From an uncultured virus (IMG/VR IMGVR_UViG_3300033144_005150) (Duplodnaviria; Heunggongvirae; Uroviricota; Caudoviricetes), in the IMG/VR virus record IMGVR_UViG_3300033144_005150: 64,000 nucleotides of DNA; one strand, 5' to 3'. The notes below the pieces were generated by a model. That model saw only the letters and a list, made by a program, of their open reading frames with translations, was not told the origin of the DNA and made no database searches. Positions within the stretch are counted from its first letter, which is position 1; the number at the start of each line of letters is the position of its first letter. Below are positions 37,168-45,912 of the stretch, one piece after another. Both the position numbers and the translations under genes were made by a program.

Positions 37168-37244
37168 CGAGGAGTAGCTCAGTTTGGCAGAGCATCCGCT
37201 TTGGGAGCGGAGGGTCGCAGGTTCGAATCCTGTTTCCTCGACCA
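37168..37244 (+). tRNA. tRNA-Pro(TGG)
   Basis: cloverleaf; TCCGC-TTTGGGA-GCGGA; CCA. Confidence 0.95.
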
Positions 37245-37286
37245 CAGGAGAAGTACGTCTACAGATCGATTTTCACGAAACAACAC

Positions 37287-37391
37287 GTCCAAGTATGCCA
37301 AAGAGAAGCACCAACCTAGGCACGGTGTGGATCGCGGAGAGCAGCCCTCGCAAGGGGTGGAGTGAGGGTTCGACTCCCTTCTTGGACACCC
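37287..37391 (+). ncRNA. atypical tRNA-like element
   Basis: GTCCAAG/CTTGGAC; T arm; oversized D region. Confidence 0.45.
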
Positions 37392-37394
37392 CAT

Positions 37395-37469
37395 ACTCTC
37401 GTCGTCCAACGGATAGGGCACTGGTCTACGGAACCAGGAACGAAGGTTCGAATCCTTCCGGGAGTGCCA
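37395..37469 (+). tRNA. tRNA-Arg(ACG)
   Basis: CTGGT-CTACGGA-ACCAG; CCA. Confidence 0.95.
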
Positions 37470-37472
37470 TAT

Positions 37473-37549
37473 CGAGATACAGACTCAAGGAGGGTCACCT
37501 GCCTCGGACGCAGGGCATTGGGTGGGTTCGATTCCCACTATCTCGACCA
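37473..37549 (+). tRNA. tRNA-Pro(CGG), divergent D arm
   Basis: CCTGC-CTCGGAC-GCAGG; C1:G72; CCA. Confidence 0.8.
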
Positions 37550-37593
37550 ACCGGAGAAACCAACAACGATTACCTCAATCACATAAACAGCAT

Positions 37594-37665
37594 GCCTTGT
37601 TAGCTCAGCGGAAGAGCATCGGTCTACGGAACCGAGGGTCAGGAGTTCGAATCTCTTACAGGGTG
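37594..37665 (+). tRNA. tRNA-Arg(ACG)
   Basis: TCGGT-CTACGGA-ACCGA; no encoded CCA. Confidence 0.9.
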
Positions 37666-37668
37666 CTA

Positions 37669-37754
37669 TGCAGGTCGCTTTTAGTGTCAATGGAAACACG
37701 CCTTGCCTTCGGGCTTAGGAAACTCGGGTTCGATTCCGCGATAGGGCGGCTTGC
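37669..37754 (+). ncRNA. tRNA-like element with UUCG in place of anticodon loop
   Basis: D arm GTGT..ACAC; GCC-TTCG-GGC; GGTTCGATTCC. Confidence 0.5.
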
Positions 37755-37759
37755 AACTT

Positions 37760-37834
37760 GTTCTCGTAGTTCAGCGGAAGAGCGTCTCCCTCCGGAGGAG
37801 AATGTCGGGGGTTCGAATCCCTCCGGGAACACCA
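37760..37834 (+). tRNA. tRNA-Arg(CCG)
   Basis: TCTCC-CTCCGGA-GGAGA; CCA. Confidence 0.95.
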
Positions 37835-37871
37835 ACATCGGGATGTGGTCGGGGTATGGTATACTCGTCAT

Positions 37872-38405
37872 GTGTCCGACCAAAAGTTCTGCAACGCCTG
37901 TCGGAAGACTAAACCCACCAAGGAATTTTCGCACAGACCCGTCAATGGCAAGAAGTACTTACGATCAGCATGTCGCAAGTGTGAGAACAAGAAGAGATAC
38001 GCAAGGAGAAAACAATCCGGCACAACCTACGCAGACCCCCAGCGGCGTTACTCGGCCAAAGTTACAGAGATGAGGCGCAGCGGAGAAGATGTTCCTCGGT
38101 GGATCCTCCAGGACTCCAAGGGAACCGATCGAAAGTCTGGTCGCAAGAACGACCTTACTAAGGAATACATCACGGAGCAGATTGCCAAAGGGTGCTCCTA
38201 CTGTGGGGAAACCAAAATTCGCATGACTCTGGATCGGATCGACAATGACAAAGGACATACGCAAGACAACACCGTTCCGGCCTGCATCCGCTGCAACTAC
38301 ATTCGTAGAAGCATGCCTTACGAAGCGTGGCTTTGTTTGAAACCAGGACTACGGCGCGCAAAGAAACAAAATCTCTTCGGGGATTGGGTAGGTCGAGCAA
38401 GATAA
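37872..38405 (+). CDS. HNH/His-Me homing-type endonuclease within tRNA cluster
   Basis: CNAC...CRKC...CSYCG...LDRIDND.GH...N.VPAC..CN. Confidence 0.8.
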   Translation: MSDQKFCNACRKTKPTKEFSHRPVNGKKYLRSACRKCENKKRYARRKQSGTTYADPQRRYSAKVTEMRRSGEDVPRWILQDSKGTDRKSGRKNDLTKEYITEQIAKGCSYCGETKIRMTLDRIDNDKGHTQDNTVPACIRCNYIRRSMPYEAWLCLKPGLRRAKKQNLFGDWVGRAR

Positions 38406-38479
38406 CGAGGTGTAGCGCAGTCTGGTAGCGCACTTGACTGGGGGTCAAGGGGCCGGAGGTTCGAATCCTCTCACCTCGA
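38406..38479 (+). tRNA. tRNA-Pro(GGG)
   Basis: CTTGA-CTGGGGG-TCAAG. Confidence 0.95.
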
Positions 38480-38481
38480 CT

Positions 38482-38635
38482 AAAAGAGTGAGATCTCAGA
38501 AGAGATCACAAGCAAAGGTATTCGGAACCCGAGGTCGCAGGTTCGACTCCTGCCCCGTTCGCCATTTATGAACGGGTAGCTCAGTCTGGTTAGAGCGCGT
38601 AGCAATTTCCATCTCCTCAACTCTCTCACTCTTTT
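38482..38635 (+). ncRNA. Y RNA (YrlA)-like permuted tRNA mimic
   Basis: outer stem AAAAGAGTGAGA/TCTCACTCTTTT enclosing T arm, loop-closed acceptor stem, then D arm. Confidence 0.7.
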
Positions 38636-38640
38636 TACTT

Positions 38641-38726
38641 GCCGATGTGGCGGAATGGCAGACGCGCTGGTCTAAGGAACCAGTGGGGGAAACCCCGTAG
38701 GAGTTCGACTCTCCTCATCGGCACCA
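38641..38726 (+). tRNA. tRNA-Leu(AAG)
   Basis: CTGGT-CTAAGGA-ACCAG; long V arm; CCA. Confidence 0.9.
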
Positions 38727-38727
38727 T

Positions 38728-38848
38728 GAACAAATGCTGGAAATGGCATACAGGGCGGCTTGGCAATCCGCTGGTTAGGAGCGACCGTGACATACACCTT
38801 TCAACGGTTTAGCAACCTCGCCTCTAGGTTCGAATCCTAGTTTGTTCA
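38728..38848 (+). tRNA. atypical tRNA, GGC anticodon in a Leu-like body with very long V region
   Basis: GAACAAA/TTTGTTC-A; loop TTGGCAA; T arm CTAGG-TTCGAAT-CCTAG. Confidence 0.6.
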
Positions 38849-38855
38849 TGTCTTT

Positions 38856-38940
38856 GCTCGAGTGGTGAAATTGGTAAACGCAGTCGCCTCAGAAGCGGCC
38901 GGAGAAATCCTTGAGGGTTCAAGTCCCTCCTCGAGCACCA
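38856..38940 (+). tRNA. tRNA-Leu(CAG)
   Basis: GTCGC-CTCAGAA-GCGGC; long V arm; CCA. Confidence 0.95.
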
Positions 38941-38983
38941 AACCAAAAGGAGAAAATCCTGATCAACACAAGTTTCACAAAAG

Positions 38984-39324
38984 CTGAGTAGGCAAGACGA
39001 TCGCGGTGGGGCTTGCCCCATCGAGGAAAGTCCGGGCTCCAAAGAGCAGGGTGCTTGGGAAATCCAAGACGGAGTGATCCGCTGGCAAGTGCAGCAGAGA
39101 GAAGACCGCCGATGGCCTTCGGGCACAGGTAAGGGTGAAAGGGTGGTGTAAGAGACCACCGGACCGCTGGTGACAGTCGGTTGCAGGTAAACCCCACTCG
39201 GAGCAAGACGAACAGAGGCGTTACGGGCTGCTCGCCCAGTCTCAGGTAGTTGCACAGATGAATGATCGTTGCCTGGTGAGGGAGACCGACCCAGGAACAG
39301 AACCCGGCTTAACAGCCTACTCAG
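38984..39324 (+). ncRNA. rnpB: RNase P RNA, bacterial type A
   Basis: GAGGAAAGTCCGGGCTCC, GGGTGAAAGGGTGGTGTAAGAGACCACC, GGTAAACCCC..GGAGCAAG, ACAGAACCCGGCTTA; P1 CTGAGTAGGC/GCCTACTCAG. Confidence 0.95.
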
Positions 39325-39337
39325 GAGATGTGTTTTT

Positions 39338-39416
39338 GCGGACGTGGGTAAATTGGTAAAGCCGCTTCGTTGAGGTCGAAGAGAATTTGCGGGTTCGAGT
39401 CCCGCCGTCCGTACCA
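39338..39416 (+). tRNA. tRNA-Leu(GAG), short V region
   Basis: CTTCG-TTGAGGT-CGAAG; CCA. Confidence 0.9.
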
Positions 39417-39442
39417 CAGACAGACCGGAAAGACGGTCACAT

Positions 39443-39516
39443 GCTTCGGTAGCCCAATTGGCAGAGGCGCTCGGTTTAGGTCCGAGAGGTTGAGGGTTCG
39501 AGTCCCTCCCGGAGCA
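39443..39516 (+). tRNA. tRNA-Leu(TAG), short V loop
   Basis: CTCGG-TTTAGGT-CCGAG. Confidence 0.9.
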
Positions 39517-39544
39517 CTACTCCAACTGGAGATTTTGAGCTGTC

Positions 39545-40066
39545 ATGGAACCCTTCTACAAAGACAACGCCTTCGAGGTTTCGGAGGACGACTTATCCTC
39601 GATACCCTGGGTGACGAGGACCAACGCGCGTAAGGAGTGCTTCATGTCTCCCGTGTCGCGGTCGTACACCTATGGATCGGGGAGGGGCATCAGGACCTAC
39701 GACTCCGTCGAAATGTCCGACTGGGTGAAGAAGATCATGGGCGAGCTCAAGGGCGATCCCAACGTCTGCTTCTTCAACGGGTACGAGGACAGAGGCAACT
39801 CCTTGGGGTGGCACTCTGACGATTCCCCCGACACCTCGGATGCGAATCCGATCTCGGTGATCTCCTTTGGAGAGCCTCGGGAAATCTGGTGGAGGGAGAT
39901 CGGCACCAAGGGTGTCGTGCCTTCCGAGAACCGGAGGGTGTTGGAGTCGGGCTCCTTGTTCGTGATGCCTCCTGGTTTCCAGAGCTCGTACGAACACAGG
40001 ATCCCCAAGGGCGACAGAGAGATGGGCCCCAGAGTATCTCTCACATTCAGGACGATGACCGTCTAG
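39545..40066 (+). CDS. alkB: AlkB-family 2OG-Fe(II) dioxygenase
   Basis: NGY...LGWHSD, ISFG..R, HRIPK, RVSLTFR. Confidence 0.9.
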   Translation: MEPFYKDNAFEVSEDDLSSIPWVTRTNARKECFMSPVSRSYTYGSGRGIRTYDSVEMSDWVKKIMGELKGDPNVCFFNGYEDRGNSLGWHSDDSPDTSDANPISVISFGEPREIWWREIGTKGVVPSENRRVLESGSLFVMPPGFQSSYEHRIPKGDREMGPRVSLTFRTMTV

Positions 40067-40080
40067 GAAGGAGCCACGTC

Positions 40081-40377
40081 ATGGCAAAAGTATCAGCTCG
40101 TGACCGTGCTCGAATCGTGCTCTTGGGGCTCGAGGGCTACCCGAATCTCAAGCACGTCTGGGTCGAGTCTTGCCGCAAGAGGCGGAACCTCGACAAGTAC
40201 GACCTGGTCCTCCGAACGGAAGACGAACTTCACAGCGGTGACGTAGAAGCTGCCGAGGAAGTTCTCGGGGGCGACGCCGGGTCTTTGTCCAGCGGCTACG
40301 AGTACGGCTGTGATTGCTGCGGCGGGGGATCAAGCTACATGGAGTTTGATCTGTCCGGATGCACCATTCCGGCCTGA
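40081..40377 (+). CDS. hypothetical protein
   Basis: AGGAG RBS; GCDCCG. Confidence 0.65.
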   Translation: MAKVSARDRARIVLLGLEGYPNLKHVWVESCRKRRNLDKYDLVLRTEDELHSGDVEAAEEVLGGDAGSLSSGYEYGCDCCGGGSSYMEFDLSGCTIPA

Positions 40378-40415
40378 TCTGGACTTTTTCACGAAGTCCT
40401 GGGGTATAACAGCCG

Positions 40416-40751
40416 ATGCCCCTGGACCCTCGTGTCTGCAAGGTTTGCTGTGTCCCCAAACCCCTCAAAGAGTTCTCCCTACGCGACGGCCGAAACTACC
40501 CCTACCGGCTCAAGACTTGTGACCCTTGTCAGAAGGAGAAAGACCGCGCCCGCACTGTTGCGTACATGGAAAAAAACCGGGAGAAAGTCAACGAAAGGGT
40601 GCGCACGGAGCGATACATTCGCTACCACACCGATCCGGAGTTTCGTGAAAAGATCAAAGAGCGCTCGCGGAACACCTCGAAGACGTACTACGAGAAGAAC
40701 CGGGAGCGGATTTTGGCTCGACGGCGAGAACGGCGAGCTGCTAAAGAATGA
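40416..40751 (+). CDS. zinc-finger basic protein (HNH N-terminal-like)
   Basis: CKVC..KPLKEF...CDPC; TATAAC upstream. Confidence 0.65.
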   Translation: MPLDPRVCKVCCVPKPLKEFSLRDGRNYPYRLKTCDPCQKEKDRARTVAYMEKNREKVNERVRTERYIRYHTDPEFREKIKERSRNTSKTYYEKNRERILARRRERRAAKE

Positions 40752-41182
40752 CCATGCGCGTCTTGATCTCGTCCTCCTGCTCTTTTTGGATCTCCCGTGA
40801 GGCCGTTCTCCGGGCTCGAGAGCTGGACGCGTCGTGGGCCTTCCCGGACCACATCCAAATCAAGGGAGAGGAGGGGTGCTGGCTCAACGACCGAGAGCAC
40901 GCTGAGGAGGAGTACTACAGTCTCGATCATCGAGTGCCTCGGCATGACCCGTTGCTGCTCCAGGTGTTCGACGAGCTCGGGCCCAAGATGAACGGGTACG
41001 ACGGCTACGAAATCAACTGCATCGAGGTCCCGGATGATCTGGCGTACTTCGTCGGGAGCTACCTCGGTGAGTGGATCGCCGAGGCCCACCAGACGTGGAG
41101 CGAGCACACCGGGAGTGAAGGTCAGTCCGGAGGAGCACCCGTCTTCACGAAGGACAGCCAGTTTTCTGACTTCGCCTCTTGA
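40748..41182 (+). CDS. hypothetical phage protein (family of 25313-25696)
   Basis: PRHDPLLLQVFDELG...EW.AE.H.TW. Confidence 0.7.
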   Translation: MTMRVLISSSCSFWISREAVLRARELDASWAFPDHIQIKGEEGCWLNDREHAEEEYYSLDHRVPRHDPLLLQVFDELGPKMNGYDGYEINCIEVPDDLAYFVGSYLGEWIAEAHQTWSEHTGSEGQSGGAPVFTKDSQFSDFAS

Positions 41183-41207
41183 CGACGCGTCAAGGTTCGT
41201 CTAAACA
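41179..41207 (+). promoter_or_regulatory. sigma70-type promoter of Tyr tRNA operon
   Basis: TTGACG-N17-TAAACA. Confidence 0.55.
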
Positions 41208-41271
41208 CAAAGGGACTCGCTGCACTGGTGCAGCCTGACGATCAACCCCGACCACGAAAGGAGCCAAGCAG

Positions 41272-41334
41272 ATGAACGCGACGTATCGAACTTATTCTTG
41301 GCTCCGCGGGTCGTGCGGGTTGATTGAGGGCTAA
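41272..41334 (+). CDS. leader peptide with two Tyr codons
   Basis: AAGGAG RBS; MNATYRTYSWLRGSCGLIEG. Confidence 0.6.
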   Translation: MNATYRTYSWLRGSCGLIEG

Positions 41335-41393
41335 CCAAAAGCCGCGACATCACCCACTAGGCACCACCCTCGGAGCGATTCAAGCAATCGCAT

Positions 41394-41467
41394 CCGGTTG
41401 AAGCCTCAGAGGCGAGGCGGCGTGGCTGTAACCCACGTACCAGAGGGTTCGACCCCTTCCAACCGGA
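41394..41467 (+). tRNA. tRNA-Tyr(GTA), C1:G72, short V loop
   Basis: CCGGTTG/CAACCGG-A; CGTGG-CTGTAAC-CCACG. Confidence 0.8.
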
Positions 41468-41492
41468 CTAGACGCATAAGTGCGTCTTCTTT

Positions 41493-41578
41493 GGATGGGT
41501 GTCCGAGTGGTTAAAGGAAGCAGACTGTAAATCTGCCGCGTTCGCGCTACGAAGGTTCAAATCCTTCCCCATCCACCA
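41493..41578 (+). tRNA. tRNA-Tyr(GTA), bacterial type
   Basis: G1:C72; long V arm; CCA. Confidence 0.95.
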
Positions 41579-41974
41579 CAACAGTTTTTGGTCTTGAAAG
41601 TGGGCGCTCCCTGGGGGCTATCGGTTCGATTCCGACTCAAGGCAAGTGGAGGGCCGGCGGAAACAACCGGCAGCGGTTTGGCCACCGAGGCTAATTGAAG
41701 AAACCGGTCCTCTGCGGACGTTTACGAGGAACAAGACCATGGCAGACATCATCACTTTCACCACGCGGAGGCGACTTTATCCGCATCGTTGAGTGGGCTC
41801 GCGAGGGCACCCACGAAGACGAAGTCCAAGACTGGCTCACCAAGCAACATGCTTGGGTGGCTGACTCCATCGACCGATTTCCCCACCTTCAAAAGCGCGT
41901 TACGAAAGAGCGCCAGAAGGAAAAGCGGGAACACAAAGCTGCTCGGAAAGCAGCAGCACAAGAGAAATTCACCA

Positions 41975-42409
41975 ATGTCACATGACGCCAACATCAGCCT
42001 CGCCTGTGTCGAGAGCGATTTCCTCGGACTCCTGTTCAAGGGAGAGACCGAGATCGTGTACTCCAATCAGGTGGGTGGCACCTGTTGCTCCCATCCTTTG
42101 GTTGAAGGTTTCTTCGTGCTCATCAACGGTGGGGGGCCCGAGGGAGAGGCGGACCCTTTCCTTGACGACGGTCCGACCACGTACAACTCGTCCCACAAGG
42201 AGATGGTCACGCGTCTCATCGACGAGTTGGGGTACTCGGAGGTTCTTGAGGCTCCAGAAGCCCACGAGTTGGAAGAAGAATGGTGGGCTGAGGTGTGTGA
42301 GGCGTGGGTTCCGGTGAAAGTCCGGGAAGACGCCAAAGGCTACAACGCCGCTCCGGTCGAGAATCTCAAAGGTCGAGTCGGCATCCTCACCTACCCCAAC
42401 TCCGATTGA
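41975..42409 (+). CDS. hypothetical protein (DUF6210-like)
   Basis: YSNQVGG.CC.HP.VEG; EAWVPV; ILTYPNSD. Confidence 0.6.
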   Translation: MSHDANISLACVESDFLGLLFKGETEIVYSNQVGGTCCSHPLVEGFFVLINGGGPEGEADPFLDDGPTTYNSSHKEMVTRLIDELGYSEVLEAPEAHELEEEWWAEVCEAWVPVKVREDAKGYNAAPVENLKGRVGILTYPNSD

Positions 42410-42477
42410 ACAATTTTCAGGCTGACGGCTCGGAACAATAACGGATTATTGTCCAGCTTTGCGGGTACCATTGGTAG

Positions 42478-43044
42478 GTGGTCCCCACCAGCAAAACTTG
42501 CCGAAAATGCAACGAAGATAAGCCTCTGGAAGAGTTCTATCGCTCTCCCGACTGCCGATTTGGCCGAATGGCTCGTTGTAAAAAATGCGTCTCAAAGAAA
42601 CGTGAGGAGGTCCAAAACAACCCCAAAAGAGTCCCCAAAAAGAAGAAGTGCAATAGTTGCCAACGGGTAAAACCCGCATCCGAGTTTTCCCGTCGTGCTT
42701 CAACCGCTTCTGGACTCAGGGCGTACTGCAAGGTGTGTTGCGATCTAGATCGGAAAACTCCTCGGCAACTTTTCAGGCGCTACAAACAGTCCGCTCGTGA
42801 TCGCAACCTGTCTTTCAAAATTACGTTTGAAAAGTTCCTCTCTTTTCAAAAGCACCCTTGCACTTACTGCGGAGACACTCAGGACGCGATCGCTCTTGAC
42901 CGCATCGATTCAAACGTCGGATACGAAATACACAATCTCACCCGCTGCTGCGGGACCTGTAATTATATGAAACGCCGTCATTCTGTTGAGGAGTGGCTGG
43001 CCCATCTGGAGAAAGTTCTACGGCACATGGGCCGTACAAAATAG
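42478..43044 (+). CDS. HNH/His-Me homing-type endonuclease
   Basis: repeated CxxC; CTYCG...LDRIDSN.GY...N...CC..CN.MK. Confidence 0.8.
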   Translation: MVPTSKTCRKCNEDKPLEEFYRSPDCRFGRMARCKKCVSKKREEVQNNPKRVPKKKKCNSCQRVKPASEFSRRASTASGLRAYCKVCCDLDRKTPRQLFRRYKQSARDRNLSFKITFEKFLSFQKHPCTYCGDTQDAIALDRIDSNVGYEIHNLTRCCGTCNYMKRRHSVEEWLAHLEKVLRHMGRTK

Positions 43045-43054
43045 GAGAAGCAAC

Positions 43055-44215
<1,161 letters not shown>

Positions 44216-44221
44216 ACACCA

Positions 44222-44256
44222 AAGCCCGAAGGATGCCTGATCCTCCGGGCTTTTTC
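44222..44256 (+). terminator. intrinsic terminator
   Basis: AAGCCCG..GGAT...ATCC..CGGGCTTTTT. Confidence 0.75.
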
Positions 44257-44330
44257 GTGAAGTTGTTGCTTCACCGGGGGTCCTCAGCCGAGGGCTCCCG
44301 GTTTTTGCGTAAAAAGAAGGGAGAAGAACC

Positions 44331-44585
44331 ATGGACGCCAATAAACTCAAAGTGCTGCGGGAGATCGACTACAAGATCCCCACGACGTGCGAGACGTGTG
44401 CCGCTTCGGACATCGGCGCGGACGGGTGGGGCGTCTGCGGTGTCCACGAGTACAAGCACCTCAAGCACAGCGAACTTACGAGCTTTCTCAGCGTCCACCG
44501 TTCGGGGTGTTGCAACAAGCATGAGCTCGATGAGAACAAGGTCGCTGTCCTGGGTCTTCACGCTTTCAAGGAGTTCATCAAATGA
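44331..44585 (+). CDS. small Cys/His-rich protein
   Basis: GGGAG RBS; CETC, CGVH, CCNKH. Confidence 0.65.
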   Translation: MDANKLKVLREIDYKIPTTCETCAASDIGADGWGVCGVHEYKHLKHSELTSFLSVHRSGCCNKHELDENKVAVLGLHAFKEFIK

Positions 44586-45358
44586 CCACAACCGTCGCAA
44601 TTCACTTCGCCGGCCTCACCGGACCCGAGCGTTCGGGCGCAGAGATGGCCATTTCTTTCACTCTTCTCGTGAACGGGAAAATCCACACCACTTCTGCGAA
44701 GTACGTTCCTGCGAATCCAGATGGGTCGTGGCACACCGCCACGTACCTTGCGCTGGATTACGCCGTCGAGGAGTGCCGCCACTACCTTCGGTCGGATCCC
44801 ACGTTCGTCACGGATAACAAGATGGTCGTTCAGCAGATGACGGGGAGGTGGGGTGCCAAGGACGGTCACTATCTGGATGCCAGGAACAAAGCTCTCGCAA
44901 TCCTCGGCGCACAGCAGTTTCGGTTCGTGTGGGTGCCTCAGAAAGAGAACCGCGCCCTCTCGATTTGCAAGAATCTCTTCGAGTCCTTCGGGGTCAAGCT
45001 TTGGTCCTGGAAAGAAGAGAAACAGAAGCAACAGGATGCTGTCCCTGGCGGTCCTCGCAACCCGATCATGAACCTCCGGGACGGGTCGAAACTCCCGTGG
45101 TCGGAGCTCAAGCTCAAAACGAAAGATGGGGACGTGTTTTTCGAGGTCCCCGGTGCCGAAAACGGTATCTCCTTCTGGCTCGGCCCTGATGTTTTTCCCG
45201 ACAGCTACCGGCTCGCCTGGATGACTGCGGCCGAGAAGGAGGGTGGGTCTGATGCCTACCAGGACAATCGTGTACGCTCGAGCGAACCGGACGACTTCCT
45301 GTCCCGTATCGACCACCTGATCTCCGGCTCCGACGAGCCCTTCGTCCCCAAGGATTGA
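44582..45358 (+). CDS. protein with degenerate RNase HI-like N-terminal domain
   Basis: ATYLAL..A, TDNKMVVQQMTGRW..K, FVWVPQKEN. Confidence 0.65.
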   Translation: MTTTVAIHFAGLTGPERSGAEMAISFTLLVNGKIHTTSAKYVPANPDGSWHTATYLALDYAVEECRHYLRSDPTFVTDNKMVVQQMTGRWGAKDGHYLDARNKALAILGAQQFRFVWVPQKENRALSICKNLFESFGVKLWSWKEEKQKQQDAVPGGPRNPIMNLRDGSKLPWSELKLKTKDGDVFFEVPGAENGISFWLGPDVFPDSYRLAWMTAAEKEGGSDAYQDNRVRSSEPDDFLSRIDHLISGSDEPFVPKD

Positions 45359-45384
45359 AATGACGCTCAAGACCTCCACTTCCT

Positions 45385-45678
45385 ATGACGGAAGAACGTG
45401 AATTTCACTGCGACGGATGTCGCAAGGACTGGTCTTTTCACATGCGAGGGTGTCCCTCCGAGGGGTGCCACGGGGTCGTCGATGACGAGCTGCTCGTGCC
45501 CTGGTGCTGCAAATGCAGGCGGGAGTTGCCCGATGGGCCGGACGGGCCATTGGCCCTCCCGGCTCCGGACGGAGCGATTCTCCAGGAGGACGTGCTCGAG
45601 TGCGAGCCGGTGGAGTGTCCACCGGAGATCGCTGAGCGGCTCATCAGGGCGCTCAAGCAGCGCATCGACCCGAACTGA
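45385..45678 (+). CDS. Cys-rich hypothetical protein
   Basis: multiple CxxC motifs. Confidence 0.6.
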   Translation: MTEEREFHCDGCRKDWSFHMRGCPSEGCHGVVDDELLVPWCCKCRRELPDGPDGPLALPAPDGAILQEDVLECEPVECPPEIAERLIRALKQRIDPN

Positions 45679-45912
45679 CACCCAAGACCCCAGAAGAGCT
45701 TGACAGCGCTCCTGGGGTTTCCTACAACCTTCCTTGGCCGAGAGGTCCCGACTCATGTTGGCAAACCCTACAAACACAGCGTCTGAACCTGGAAAGCATT
45801 CAGCTTTTCAGCAACAGAACATGTTTTAGCGTCTGACGGGCCCAACTGATTCCCGCCAGGCGCAGGGAGTCAGTCATGAGCAACACAACAATCGAAGAGT
45901 GGAGCGATCGTC

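Noticed and set aside
37184..39417. ORFs overlapping tRNA and RNase P genes
   Set aside because: Better explained by the RNA genes; only the HNH ORF 37872-38405 is retained.
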